The notes beneath the pieces are model-generated. The model was not told the origin of the DNA and did not search any database. It was given only the letters and a program-made list of their open reading frames with translations. This document shows positions 25,018 through 34,245 of a stretch of 64,000 nucleotides of DNA, in pieces (the first letter of the stretch is position 1; every line of letters starts with the position of its first letter). A program made the translations under genes and the position numbers. The stretch spans positions 19,955-83,954 of the forward strand of contig JAFRJM010000015.1 in the NCBI GenBank assembly GCA_017432285.1, read 5' to 3'. The stretch comes from Oscillospiraceae bacterium. Its GTDB lineage: Bacteria; Bacillota; Clostridia; Oscillospirales; Ruminococcaceae.

Positions 25018-25036
25018 TAGTCTGCACTGTTTTTTA
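25002..25036. terminator. Terminator between convergent ogt and SPFH genes
   Basis: CAGTGCAGAC (25002-25011) / GTCTGCACTG (25020-25029) followed by TTTTTT; overlaps the ogt stop codon. Confidence 0.75.
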
Positions 25037-25043
25037 TTGCCTA

Positions 25044-25931
25044 TTATTTCTTCAATGTTTCGCTTACTGCAGTTACCAGTCCAGTGACATCCTGAAGATT
25101 TGACGGAACGACGATCTTGGTTGCCTGTCCGTCTGCCATCTTCTCTGCAGCTTCCATAGAACGGATCTTAAGATACTGTTCTGAAGGATTGGAACTGTTG
25201 ATAAGCTGAATGGCTCTTGCCTGGGCTTGAGCAACTGCTGCGATAGCCTCTGCTTCACCCTGAGCTGTGCGGATCCTCTCCTCACGTACTGCATCAGCAC
25301 GGAGGATAGCGGACTCTTTTTCACCCTCTGCTCTGGTGATAGCGGACTGCTTCTCACCTTCAGCCGCAAGGATGACTGCGCGTTTCTCACGCTCTGCTTT
25401 CATCTGCTTCTCCATCGCTTCCTGAATGGATTTCGGAGGAGTGATGTTCTGTACCTCTACACGGGTGATATCGATTCCCCACTTATTGGTAGCTTCATCC
25501 AGTACCTTTATGGTCTCAGCGTTGATGGTCTCTCTTCCTACGAGAGTCTCATCAAGCGTCATGGAACCGATGATGTTTCTCAAAGTTGTTGCGCAGAGGT
25601 TTTCAATTGCTGCAATAGGACGCTCGACGCCATAGGTCAGTGCTTTTGGATCTATCACCTGGAAATACACAACTGAGTCGACGTTCATTGTGACGTTATC
25701 TTTCGTGATAACTGACTGAGGCTCAAAGTCCGCGACCTGCTCCTTCATGGAGATCTTCCGGACTATGCGCTCAATGACAGGTGTTTTGATATGGAGACCT
25801 GCCTCCCATGTAGCTGCGTATTTACCAAGTCTCTCAATTACCCATGCGCTTCCCTGAGGGACGATGCACAGAGACGTAAGTATGACAACAAGCAGCAATA
25901 CTAATATGATTCCACCAATTATGAACGGCAT
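25044..25931 (-). CDS. SPFH/band-7 (stomatin/HflKC-like) membrane protein
   Basis: N-terminal TM 'IIGGIILVLLLVVILTSL', SPFH core 'VVYFQVIDPKALTYGV', C-terminal Ala/Glu coiled coil 'AEGEKQSAITRAEGEKESAILRA'. Confidence 0.88.
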   Translation of the reverse strand: MPFIIGGIILVLLLVVILTSLCIVPQGSAWVIERLGKYAATWEAGLHIKTPVIERIVRKISMKEQVADFEPQSVITKDNVTMNVDSVVYFQVIDPKALTYGVERPIAAIENLCATTLRNIIGSMTLDETLVGRETINAETIKVLDEATNKWGIDITRVEVQNITPPKSIQEAMEKQMKAEREKRAVILAAEGEKQSAITRAEGEKESAILRADAVREERIRTAQGEAEAIAAVAQAQARAIQLINSSNPSEQYLKIRSMEAAEKMADGQATKIVVPSNLQDVTGLVTAVSETLKK

Positions 25932-25935
25932 GATA

Positions 25936-26328
25936 TTATTCTCCTTTGTTGTTATTTACTTGTCTGATAATAATAAAGATCGCATATCCAAATACAGCGA
26001 TGAAGCCCATAAAGAATAATACAGGCGATAATGGCGCGAGGATCGTCAGCGCTGCTATCGCTCCGAGTATCATCTTGGCATTGTCACTGTTCTTCTTTTT
26101 ATTGCTCTCTCTGGTTGTGACACTATGCTGTGTGGCCTGATGAAAGGAACGGTGCTTCATTGCTTCGTTTCGTGCATCACAGTTTTCCTCGTGACTCCTG
26201 CGAAGCTCTTTTCCTTCATCCAGGTCCCAAGCAGAGATCCTGCTCTCACGCGCTATCTCTCTTGCAAGCCAGTCGTCTGTCCCGAACATTTCTTTAGATT
26301 GTTTCAAAAAGGCACCCTCCTTTCTCAA
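25936..26328 (-). CDS. Hypothetical C-terminally membrane-anchored protein (start uncertain)
   Basis: Charged N-terminal part and two C-terminal hydrophobic helices. The stop lies in the RBS of the SPFH gene, suggesting one operon. ORF-track start is TTG; TTG 26307 (after AAGGAGGG) or ATG 26289 are alternatives. Confidence 0.5.
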   Translation of the reverse strand: MRKEGAFLKQSKEMFGTDDWLAREIARESRISAWDLDEGKELRRSHEENCDARNEAMKHRSFHQATQHSVTTRESNKKKNSDNAKMILGAIAALTILAPLSPVLFFMGFIAVFGYAIFIIIRQVNNNKGE

Positions 26329-26388
26329 AATCGGTCAAGAATAATTATATAGAAATAAAAGAGTTTGTCAAAAAGTCGACCTATACCA

Positions 26389-26422
26389 ACATAAGGAGAA
26401 AGCTCAAGCCTTCTCCTTATGT
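26389..26422 (-). terminator. Hairpin downstream of esterase gene
   Basis: ACATAAGGAGAA / TTCTCCTTATGT perfect 12 bp (10-nt loop). Poor U-tract on the minus strand, so weaker as a terminator. Confidence 0.4.
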
Positions 26423-26445
26423 TTTACATTGCTTTTTTTCAGTAA

Positions 26446-27567
26446 TTAGTCTTCCTTGACCTGATTCAGCAACCAAGCCATGATGCCATACTCGTTCTTA
26501 TATGTCGGCACCCAGCTCCAGTGGTTCTGGCGGAAGAGTTTTCCGTAGTTTTCTGCTTTTATGAGGCTCGGAGTGATGGAAATATCATATTTTTCGAGAT
26601 CCTCAGGTGAGAACAGCGTGAGATGTGCATTGTTGTTCCCGTTATCTCTCATGTTCATGACAGCATCCACCAGATATTTGTGCCTGTAAAGCGTATGATC
26701 GATATATGCAGATGTCACCCATATCGGACGGCGGATCGATTTAAGGATGGAGAATGTCTCCGGAGTCATTGACGGACATACCGGGACTGCTGCGGCAAAC
26801 AGATCCGAACCGACAGACATTGCTCTGACTGTTCCTGCACCGCCCATGGACATTCCGGTAACATATACTCTCTTAGGATCGACCTTGCCTTCCTTGATCA
26901 TCCTCTTGATGATATCGCATACGAGTCCGAGGTAATATCTTGACCAGCCGTATCTAGGATCCTTGGAAAAGTCGCTGTTAGCAAATTTTGCATTCATGTT
27001 CATCTTCTTGAACATGTCGCGGTCCTCTACGCACATAGGAGCCATGACATAGATATCAGGATAGTCTTCAGCAAAGTTTACCGGGCCGTAGTCAGCCATG
27101 AGCTGTTTCTCGTTGTCCCTTGCCCCTTCACCGTCTTCATAACCGCCGTTTCCGCCTCCATGCAGGAAAAGGATCATCGGACGCGGTTCAGACGCATTTT
27201 CCGGAGAATAAAGGCGGTACATCACACGGCCTTCCTGCAGTTTTGCAAACTTCTCATCTGCTGTACGGGTGTGAACCACAAAATCCTTTTTCTCAAGTTT
27301 CTTGTCGCCTAAGCAGAGTGTCCACGGTACTCTGTTAGTAAACGGTTCAGTCTCTATATGAAGGACTCCGCCCTCTGCCTCAACAGACAGAATATCTCCG
27401 GGAGCTACTCCTCTGCTTTCTTTCAGATAAGCGATATGCTCCGTTTCTACTGCCGGTCCTTCAAGATGGATCTCCTCTTTAGACAGTGCTTTCTTTTTCC
27501 AAGGGATATCAAAACTGGAGATCTCCTGTCCTGTGAGTCCTAAAAATGCATTTGCTGAATATGCCAT
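26446..27567 (-). CDS. Alpha/beta-hydrolase esterase (GMSMG nucleophile elbow) with extra N-terminal domain
   Basis: 'ILFLHGGGNGG' and 'VYVTGMSMGGAG'. ATG 27567 follows GGAGAG; the ORF-track start 27615 is unsupported. No signal peptide. Confidence 0.75.
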   Translation of the reverse strand: MAYSANAFLGLTGQEISSFDIPWKKKALSKEEIHLEGPAVETEHIAYLKESRGVAPGDILSVEAEGGVLHIETEPFTNRVPWTLCLGDKKLEKKDFVVHTRTADEKFAKLQEGRVMYRLYSPENASEPRPMILFLHGGGNGGYEDGEGARDNEKQLMADYGPVNFAEDYPDIYVMAPMCVEDRDMFKKMNMNAKFANSDFSKDPRYGWSRYYLGLVCDIIKRMIKEGKVDPKRVYVTGMSMGGAGTVRAMSVGSDLFAAAVPVCPSMTPETFSILKSIRRPIWVTSAYIDHTLYRHKYLVDAVMNMRDNGNNNAHLTLFSPEDLEKYDISITPSLIKAENYGKLFRQNHWSWVPTYKNEYGIMAWLLNQVKED

Positions 27568-27626
27568 AATAGTCTCTCCTTCAATCAATATTTCTCCCTC
27601 TTCCACGAGGGTCATTAACTATTTTA

Positions 27627-29162
27627 TTATCTGCGGAATCCGTCTTTGTACTTATCGAGGAAATAATCAAGCATATACTGCTTTACCTTTGGCAGTTTCC
27701 TCTCGCCCATCCATGGTGACACATCCATCATCAGAGACTTTTTGCAGTCCTCAGTATATGGAGTCCATGTTTTGAGGTCCTTTCCGTTAGGATCTCCGTT
27801 CTTTACAAAATTCGCCCAGTATTCCGCCATAGTGTTGGAAAGCTCATAGTCGCTTCCCGTGTATTCTCTCCAATCCCTGTCAAGAGTCTGGAATACATAG
27901 TAGTGCTCAAAGCCGTGATACGCTCCGGCAAAATCTCCCGGTGCCCTACGGATATTGCAGTAGACATACGCAGGTTTCATATTGTTGCACAGCTGTGTTT
28001 CCGCAAACAGTCTTGCACGGTAGATATTGTCATCTGTCATCCCGACTGCGATGTCAGTATCGGTAAGCTTGGAGCAGAATTCGACAAAGTCTTCAGCCTT
28101 GTCGCCGAACTTATGAGAATATTTCTCTACCTTGTCTCTCGTAAGGATAGCGCTAGGCGCAAATTCGGTAACTATGGCGCCTTCATCACCCGCTCCACCG
28201 ACAAGATATGAAATGTCATGGTGTCTTCCGCTGATCATTACATCGCATGGATCTTCCGGAAATACATATCCGTCTATCACTCCGCGGAAAAAACAGAGAT
28301 ATCCGGGCATCTTTCTGTAAACAGCACTCAGCTGCTCACATGTAAGTCCTCTCATTTCTTCAAGGGATGTACAGCCTGCTGCTTCAGCGAACATATCGCC
28401 GCGCTTATAAGCCTCTTCCTTGCTCATCCAGAACGGAGCGGAGTGCGGTCCGTCGTCAGGATCGCTCATATCATGGACCGTAGGCCCGCTTTCAATGATA
28501 CAGCCTACCAGATCACCTTCGGTCAGCGGAGTGCATGACAACGCTGTAGCAGCCACTGCCCCTGAGGAATGTCCCATCAAGGTGATCCTGTCAGGATCTC
28601 CGCCGAAATTCTTTATATTCTTTCTGACCCACTTCAAAGCATAGATCTGATCGAGATAATAGATATTTCCTGCGCTTCCGTATGGATTCTCTTTCTCCAT
28701 ATCCCTGTGAACGAGCATACCCAATGGGCCGGTCCTGTAGTTTATCGTGACAAGTATCACTCCCCTTTTACAGAAGCCTTCACCGTCATACATAGGCTCA
28801 TTGGAAGCACCTCCCATAAAGGCTCCTCCCGGAATGAACAACAGTACAGGAAGCATCTCATCAGTGCTGCTGGCAGGAGTGTATACATTCAGATACAAAC
28901 AGTCTTCACTGTCCCTTAGCTCTGGCCTCTTTCCCATAAACTGGTAACAGGCATTACCGAACTCCACACAATCCCTGATACCTTCCCATTTCTCGTGAGG
29001 CTGCGGGAATCTCCATCTGAGGTCACCAACAGGAGGTGCTGCGTACGGGATACCTCTGAATACCGTAAACTTCGGATTGTTCCCTTCAGCTCCCCTGACT
29101 TCACCATATTCCGTCTCAGCGACACGCATAGCTGCTTTCCCGTTCCCATATTCAAACGCCAT
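27627..29162 (-). CDS. Type-B carboxylesterase (PnbA-like)
   Basis: 511 aa. 'FRGIPYAAPPVGDLRW', 'EDCLYLNVYTP', 'GGDPDRITLMGHSSGA'. AGGAGG RBS. Confidence 0.9.
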   Translation of the reverse strand: MAFEYGNGKAAMRVAETEYGEVRGAEGNNPKFTVFRGIPYAAPPVGDLRWRFPQPHEKWEGIRDCVEFGNACYQFMGKRPELRDSEDCLYLNVYTPASSTDEMLPVLLFIPGGAFMGGASNEPMYDGEGFCKRGVILVTINYRTGPLGMLVHRDMEKENPYGSAGNIYYLDQIYALKWVRKNIKNFGGDPDRITLMGHSSGAVAATALSCTPLTEGDLVGCIIESGPTVHDMSDPDDGPHSAPFWMSKEEAYKRGDMFAEAAGCTSLEEMRGLTCEQLSAVYRKMPGYLCFFRGVIDGYVFPEDPCDVMISGRHHDISYLVGGAGDEGAIVTEFAPSAILTRDKVEKYSHKFGDKAEDFVEFCSKLTDTDIAVGMTDDNIYRARLFAETQLCNNMKPAYVYCNIRRAPGDFAGAYHGFEHYYVFQTLDRDWREYTGSDYELSNTMAEYWANFVKNGDPNGKDLKTWTPYTEDCKKSLMMDVSPWMGERKLPKVKQYMLDYFLDKYKDGFRR

Positions 29163-29277
29163 TACTGATAACCTCCTGTAGAATCCACTGTTAACTACTT
29201 TATTGTATCATGTGCAGACCTAATAGCATAATGCTTTCTGCTAATAACTGAACAGATTAAAATGTATCCCTTTTTCA

Positions 29278-29312
29278 ACAGAAAAGCTGCCGAAGGACAG
29301 GCCTTCAGCAGC
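29278..29312 (-). terminator. Intrinsic terminator
   Basis: Minus strand: GCTGCTGAAGG-cctgt-CCTTCGGCAGC (one mismatch) followed by TTTTCTGTT. Confidence 0.6.
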
Positions 29313-29325
29313 AATACAATTGATT

Positions 29326-29934
29326 CTATGATAGTTTTTTGACGTAGATTCCGTCCTTCTCCACGAAACCTGTTGCTTTAAGATATGCTTCGTGGTTTTC
29401 CGTAGACCCCTTATAAGTGATAGAGCTGTAACCAAACTGTGCCAGCTTGGAAAACAGGAACTTTCCGACAGAAAAATCTCTGTACTGCGGGATAGTATAA
29501 TCAAGCAGCAGATTCAGGCTGTCCCCCTCATCTATTCCCATCGTAATCCCCACCGGTTTGCCGTCATGACTCAATATGAGAGCACGGTTTATATCCGGGT
29601 TGTACAGATCTACCCCCGGGAAGATCTTCACTATGTCATCCCCGTATCTTTCCAGCAGATAGCGAAGATAAGCATCGTCTTCTTCTACCACTGTGAAGTC
29701 ATATTCTCTGTCGGAATGGCTCATCTTCCACAGATAGTAAAGGTTGATCGCTACGAGGCAGAAATTCATGACCGCAGTAGGATAGGAATGGATGATCAGC
29801 GCATAAATAGCAAATATCACACTTCCTGCAGTGTTAACGACCCTCAGTTTAACTACTGAGGTAAGAAGGAAAGAGACCAGCACGAGCGCGGACCCAAGAT
29901 AGCCGAACATTTCGATCAGGAATTCAGGTTTCAT
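29326..29934 (-). CDS. 3-TM (YgjV/SemiSWEET-like) membrane domain fused to GNAT-like domain
   Basis: N-terminal ~85 aa with three hydrophobic helices ('VKLRVVNTAGSVIFAIYALI'). C-terminal 'HDGKPVGITMGIDEGDSLNLLLDYTIPQYRDFSVGKFLF' resembles a GNAT core. GGAGAG RBS. Confidence 0.45.
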   Translation of the reverse strand: MKPEFLIEMFGYLGSALVLVSFLLTSVVKLRVVNTAGSVIFAIYALIIHSYPTAVMNFCLVAINLYYLWKMSHSDREYDFTVVEEDDAYLRYLLERYGDDIVKIFPGVDLYNPDINRALILSHDGKPVGITMGIDEGDSLNLLLDYTIPQYRDFSVGKFLFSKLAQFGYSSITYKGSTENHEAYLKATGFVEKDGIYVKKLS

Positions 29935-30037
29935 TTTTTCTCTCCAATATCAATTGATATAACATGGGTGGATTATCTGTCGGTCGTTTTCTGTAATTAA
30001 GTGTATCACAGTTCAGCACGCTTGCAATCTTATTTGA

Positions 30038-30071
30038 CGCAAAAGCTCCCGGTCTTTCAAGGCCGGGAGCT
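30038..30071 (-). terminator. Intrinsic terminator
   Basis: Minus strand: AGCTCCCGG...CCGGGAGCT followed by TTTGCG. Confidence 0.6.
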
Positions 30072-30088
30072 GAATGTATAGCTATGAA

Positions 30089-31237
30089 TTATAGGTTCCT
30101 GAATACGATCTGTGCATAATCATGGAACGCTGCTCTCCATACTCTGTACTCATGGTATCCGGGATAGATCTTCTGAATGTAGTTGATTCCCTTCTCCTTG
30201 CAGTACTCGCGCTCCTTTTCGAAGAGCGGGAGGGATACCTCGTGGTCACCGATCGCTCCGAAGAACGGGTTGACTTCACGGTTCCAAGTCTCTGCATCGT
30301 CCAAGACCTTGATCTGTTCTGCCTGTGATCTTCCCTCATAACCGGGGATCACCGGATATGTGTAACCTGTGAACAGACCGGCTGAACCGAACACGTCATA
30401 GTGTGCCATGATCATCTCGCCGGACAGCAGTGAACCCATGGAGAGTCCGCCAATAGCACGGGCCTTCTTGTCAGGGATCGCACGGTAATGTGACTCGATG
30501 AACGGGATGCAGTCTGTGAGGAGCATGTCGTTGTATTTGCTGGTATCGAGGTGCGGGTTGCCGTCGGTGTTGACCTGCATCATGGCATTGTTCATTACTA
30601 CAATGAACGGTACGGCCTTGCCCTCAGCGAGCAGGTTGTCCATGATGAAGTTGATCTTTCCGAGATGCACCCATACAGTCTCGTTCTCGCCGCCGCCGTC
30701 CTGCAGATAGAATACAGGATATTTTGTATCCAGATCATCTCTGTATTTTGGAGGAGTATAAACATAGCAGCTCTCCCACTCTCCCGTGACGGTGGAGAAG
30801 AAGTACTCCTGGGATACCGTTCCGTGGGGGACATCCTTGATAAGGAGATAATCCTGATCGGTGTCGGGGATCTCGATGTAGTTGATGGCATAGCCCCAAC
30901 CATAACTGATCGGTGCCAGCGGGTTTACTATCCTGACGCCGTCGACTTCAAAGATCAGCTGTTTCTGGCCGGGTTCATCATATTGGATCGTTCCGGTCCA
31001 CATGCCGTCATCCTGAAGTTCGAGATTGACCATATTGCCGGGATATCCTGCGGTAACCTCTTTTGCTGTCGGGCCGTACAGGGATACCCATACCTTACCG
31101 TCTGGATATACCTTATAGCCGATGTTGGTATCTCCGTGTTTGCCGCCGTTTATCATGCCGGGGATAAGCTGACGGTTGAAACCCAAAGGACGTGCATCAA
31201 ATACTTGGTTGTCAAGAAACTCTTTTGGAATATTCAT
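30089..31237 (-). CDS. Esterase-D/'putative esterase' family hydrolase with N-terminal Ig-like domain (CE1-like)
   Basis: 382 aa. 'KYPVFYLQDGGGENE' and 'RAIGGLSMGSL' (GxSxG). This architecture is typical of feruloyl/acetyl-xylan esterases. No signal peptide. Confidence 0.75.
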   Translation of the reverse strand: MNIPKEFLDNQVFDARPLGFNRQLIPGMINGGKHGDTNIGYKVYPDGKVWVSLYGPTAKEVTAGYPGNMVNLELQDDGMWTGTIQYDEPGQKQLIFEVDGVRIVNPLAPISYGWGYAINYIEIPDTDQDYLLIKDVPHGTVSQEYFFSTVTGEWESCYVYTPPKYRDDLDTKYPVFYLQDGGGENETVWVHLGKINFIMDNLLAEGKAVPFIVVMNNAMMQVNTDGNPHLDTSKYNDMLLTDCIPFIESHYRAIPDKKARAIGGLSMGSLLSGEMIMAHYDVFGSAGLFTGYTYPVIPGYEGRSQAEQIKVLDDAETWNREVNPFFGAIGDHEVSLPLFEKEREYCKEKGINYIQKIYPGYHEYRVWRAAFHDYAQIVFRNL

Positions 31238-31435
31238 TCTTCATCCTTTCTGCGAAGCTGCATCTGTCAATGTGCAGCCTACATATATATTGCACTAATA
31301 TCATATCACTTTTGCAAAGGTATTGCTCGGAACAATACTTCGTTTTCGAAACTATTTGTTCAATCCGAGTGATAATGACCAATTAATACTATATAATATT
31401 TGTAGATACACACACCGTATTATGAGGTAAATAAG

Positions 31436-32935
31436 ATGAAAAAAGCGAAGCTCATATTGGACAAGGATTACGTGATCTCAAGGATAGATCCGAGGGTATA
31501 CGGATCTTTCGTAGAACACCTCGGCAGATCTATATATACAGGGATCTATGAACCGGATCATCCTTCCGCAGATAAGGAAGGTTTCCGCAAAGATGTACTG
31601 GATCTGGTAAGAGGATTAAACACACCTATCATTCGTTACCCGGGGGGAAACTTCGTTTCCGGATTCCGCTGGCAGGATTCCATCGGCCCGGTTGCAGACC
31701 GTCCGAAGCGCCTAGACCTCGCCTGGAAAACGACCGAACCTAATGAAGTAGGCATCCATGAATTCTGCTCATGGGCAAAGAAAGCGAGTGCAAATGTCAT
31801 GTATGCCGTGAACCTGGGAACCAGCGGCCCTGCCGAGGCACAAAACCTTGTGGAATATGCCAACCATAAAGGCGGAAGCGCATGGAGCGACCTGAGAATC
31901 AAGAACGGCGCCAAAGACCCCTTTGATATCAAACTCTGGTGCCTTGGCAATGAGATGGACGGCCCCTGGCAGATGTGCCATAAAACGGCGACCGAATACG
32001 GCCGTGTTGCGAATGAAGCGGCCAAGATGATGAAGTGGACTGACGACTCAATTGAACTGGTGGCCTGCGGTTCATCCTCTTCCGAAATGCCGACATTCGG
32101 AGACTGGGAATATACTGTTCTTTCCGAATGCTATGAAAATGTGGATTATGTTTCGCTGCACCGTTACTACGGCAACCCGCATAACGACACACCGGATTTC
32201 CTGGCTTCCACCATGGATCTTGAGAATTTTATTCGCACCGTTGCATCGATCTGTGACTCTGTAAAAGGGAAAAAACGCAGCAGCAAACAGATCAACCTGT
32301 CTCTTGATGAATACAATGTCTGGTATCATTCCAATGAACAGGATCAGCAGCTGTATAAGCGCGAACCATGGGGAACAGCGCTTCCTCTTCTGGAAGATGT
32401 TTATAACTTTGAAGATGCTCTTCTCGTCGGTCTCATGCTCATAACGATACTCAAGAATGCAGACAGAGTGAAGATCGCTTGCATGGCGCAGCTTGTAAAT
32501 GTTATTGCCCCGATAATGACACGTCCAAACGGCGGTGCATGGGCACAGACTATATACTGGCCTCTCCAGCAGGCTAGCCTGCTCGGACGCGGCACAAGCT
32601 TATTACCGCAGCTGATATGCGAGAAGCAGGACACGAGCCATTATACAGACGTCCCGATGGTGGACGCTGCAGCAGTACTTCATGATGATGGAAGTGTAGT
32701 GATATTTGCAGTCAACAGGAATCTCACAGAACCTGTTGAGCTGGAATGTGACCTCCGTGCATTCGGCAAGTTCGCCAAGACATCCCATATGATGCTCCAC
32801 CATGATGATGTAAAAGCGATCAATACGGAAACCGATCCACTTAATGTCATCCCTCGTGAAGTACCGGTGACTTTCAAAGACGGAAAAGTAGTTCTTCCTC
32901 CCGCATCCTGGAACGTCATTCAGGTAATCAAATAA
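31436..32935 (+). CDS. abfA: GH51 alpha-L-arabinofuranosidase
   Basis: 499 aa. 'IRYPGGNFVSGFRWQDSIGP', 'WCLGNEMDGPWQMCHKTATEYG', 'INLSLDEYNVWY'. GAGGT RBS. Confidence 0.93.
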   Translation: MKKAKLILDKDYVISRIDPRVYGSFVEHLGRSIYTGIYEPDHPSADKEGFRKDVLDLVRGLNTPIIRYPGGNFVSGFRWQDSIGPVADRPKRLDLAWKTTEPNEVGIHEFCSWAKKASANVMYAVNLGTSGPAEAQNLVEYANHKGGSAWSDLRIKNGAKDPFDIKLWCLGNEMDGPWQMCHKTATEYGRVANEAAKMMKWTDDSIELVACGSSSSEMPTFGDWEYTVLSECYENVDYVSLHRYYGNPHNDTPDFLASTMDLENFIRTVASICDSVKGKKRSSKQINLSLDEYNVWYHSNEQDQQLYKREPWGTALPLLEDVYNFEDALLVGLMLITILKNADRVKIACMAQLVNVIAPIMTRPNGGAWAQTIYWPLQQASLLGRGTSLLPQLICEKQDTSHYTDVPMVDAAAVLHDDGSVVIFAVNRNLTEPVELECDLRAFGKFAKTSHMMLHHDDVKAINTETDPLNVIPREVPVTFKDGKVVLPPASWNVIQVIK

Positions 32936-32964
32936 TTATGTAATTCAGTAAGGAATACTTATAT

Positions 32965-33651
32965 ATGGATAACCTCCCGCTGTTTTCGCTTGAACCTTCT
33001 GTCATCTGCTGTGATCTGTGCGATCTCGGACATGAGGTGAAGAAATGGGAAAAAGCAGGGGCAAAAGCGCTCCACATTGATGTTCTGGACGGTGCTTTTG
33101 CGCCAAGCCTTCCCGTTGGGCTAGACACGTTCATTCAGCTTTTTGAACGGACCGGTCTGCCTTTTGATGTGCACATAATGTCCCTGCAGAACCGATGGTT
33201 TATTGAGCAGTGCCTCCGTATGCATCCGGCAAGGATATGCTTCCAGCTTGAAGGTGAACCGGATCCTGCTGCCCGTATTGAACAGATCCGTGAAGCAGGT
33301 GTGATCCCAGGGCTGGCGTTAGCCCCTACTACTCCTCTTGATGATCTTGTTCCCTATCTGGACATGATAGACTTTATCCTTCTTATGCGTATCAAACCGG
33401 GATATGCCGGACATGCAGATGAATCTGTTCAGCTGGATCTCGATCAAAGGATCAGGGATGCAAGGCATATGCTTGATACAGGAAAACCTGGCAGGGATAT
33501 CATCATCGACGGCAGAGTGACTTTCGATGATGTGTCCAGACTCCGGAAACTGGGAGCAACAGTGTTCGTGGGAGGCAGCAGAAGTCTTTTCTCATCAGAT
33601 GATTATTCTGCTAACTATGAAAAGATGAGCAAATACTATTCAGAGGCATGA
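32965..33651 (+). CDS. Ribulose-phosphate 3-epimerase family protein (divergent; AlsE-like?)
   Basis: 'ALHIDVLDGAFAPSL', 'FDVHIM', 'LLMRIKPGYAGH', 'IIIDGRV' align with the RPE blocks HxDvMDGhFVPN / DVHLM / MsVnPGfgGQ / vDGG. Confidence 0.7.
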   Translation: MDNLPLFSLEPSVICCDLCDLGHEVKKWEKAGAKALHIDVLDGAFAPSLPVGLDTFIQLFERTGLPFDVHIMSLQNRWFIEQCLRMHPARICFQLEGEPDPAARIEQIREAGVIPGLALAPTTPLDDLVPYLDMIDFILLMRIKPGYAGHADESVQLDLDQRIRDARHMLDTGKPGRDIIIDGRVTFDDVSRLRKLGATVFVGGSRSLFSSDDYSANYEKMSKYYSEA

Positions 33652-34223
33652 TTATGAGTTTCAGCAACAGTTACAAAAAAGCAATGCACCTCATTCTGGA
33701 CGAATGCGGCGAGATCCTGGACAGAGTGGATCCCGCACAGACCGAAAGTTTTATTGAGATGCTGCTGTCATCAAGACGTGTGTTCTTTACCGGCGTCGGG
33801 CGTGTACGTCTCTCCCTTGAGGCAATGGCAAAACGTTTAGCCCATCTTGGTATAGAAACACATATGGTGGGAGACATAAATGAGCCCGCTATGAACGAGG
33901 AAGATCTCCTTGTAGTAGGGTCAGGAAGCGGTGAATCCATCGTTCCTGTAGCGATCGCACAAAAAGCAAAACAACTAGGCGGTAAGGTAGTTCATATTGG
34001 CTCCAATCCGTCCGGAACGATAGCAAACCTTGCAGATCTTCAGGTCAGGATCCCTGCTTCAACAAAACTTCATCTGCCGGATGAGTTTATCTCCTCCCAG
34101 CCGATGACCAGTCTGTTTGAACAATGTCTGCTTATTTACGGTGATACTGTCGCAGCGCTGATAATAGAGAAAAAAGGCATAGATGTCGCTTCTTTGTGGG
34201 ACACCCACGCAAACCTCGAATAA
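33648..34223 (+). CDS. SIS-domain protein, 6-phospho-3-hexuloisomerase-like
   Basis: 'VFFTGVGRVRLSLEAMAKRLAHLG' and 'LLVVGSGSGES'. ATGA overlap with the epimerase-like gene. Confidence 0.7.
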   Translation: MIMSFSNSYKKAMHLILDECGEILDRVDPAQTESFIEMLLSSRRVFFTGVGRVRLSLEAMAKRLAHLGIETHMVGDINEPAMNEEDLLVVGSGSGESIVPVAIAQKAKQLGGKVVHIGSNPSGTIANLADLQVRIPASTKLHLPDEFISSQPMTSLFEQCLLIYGDTVAALIIEKKGIDVASLWDTHANLE

Positions 34224-34245
34224 GGGCACGAGAGAGGAAAAAACG

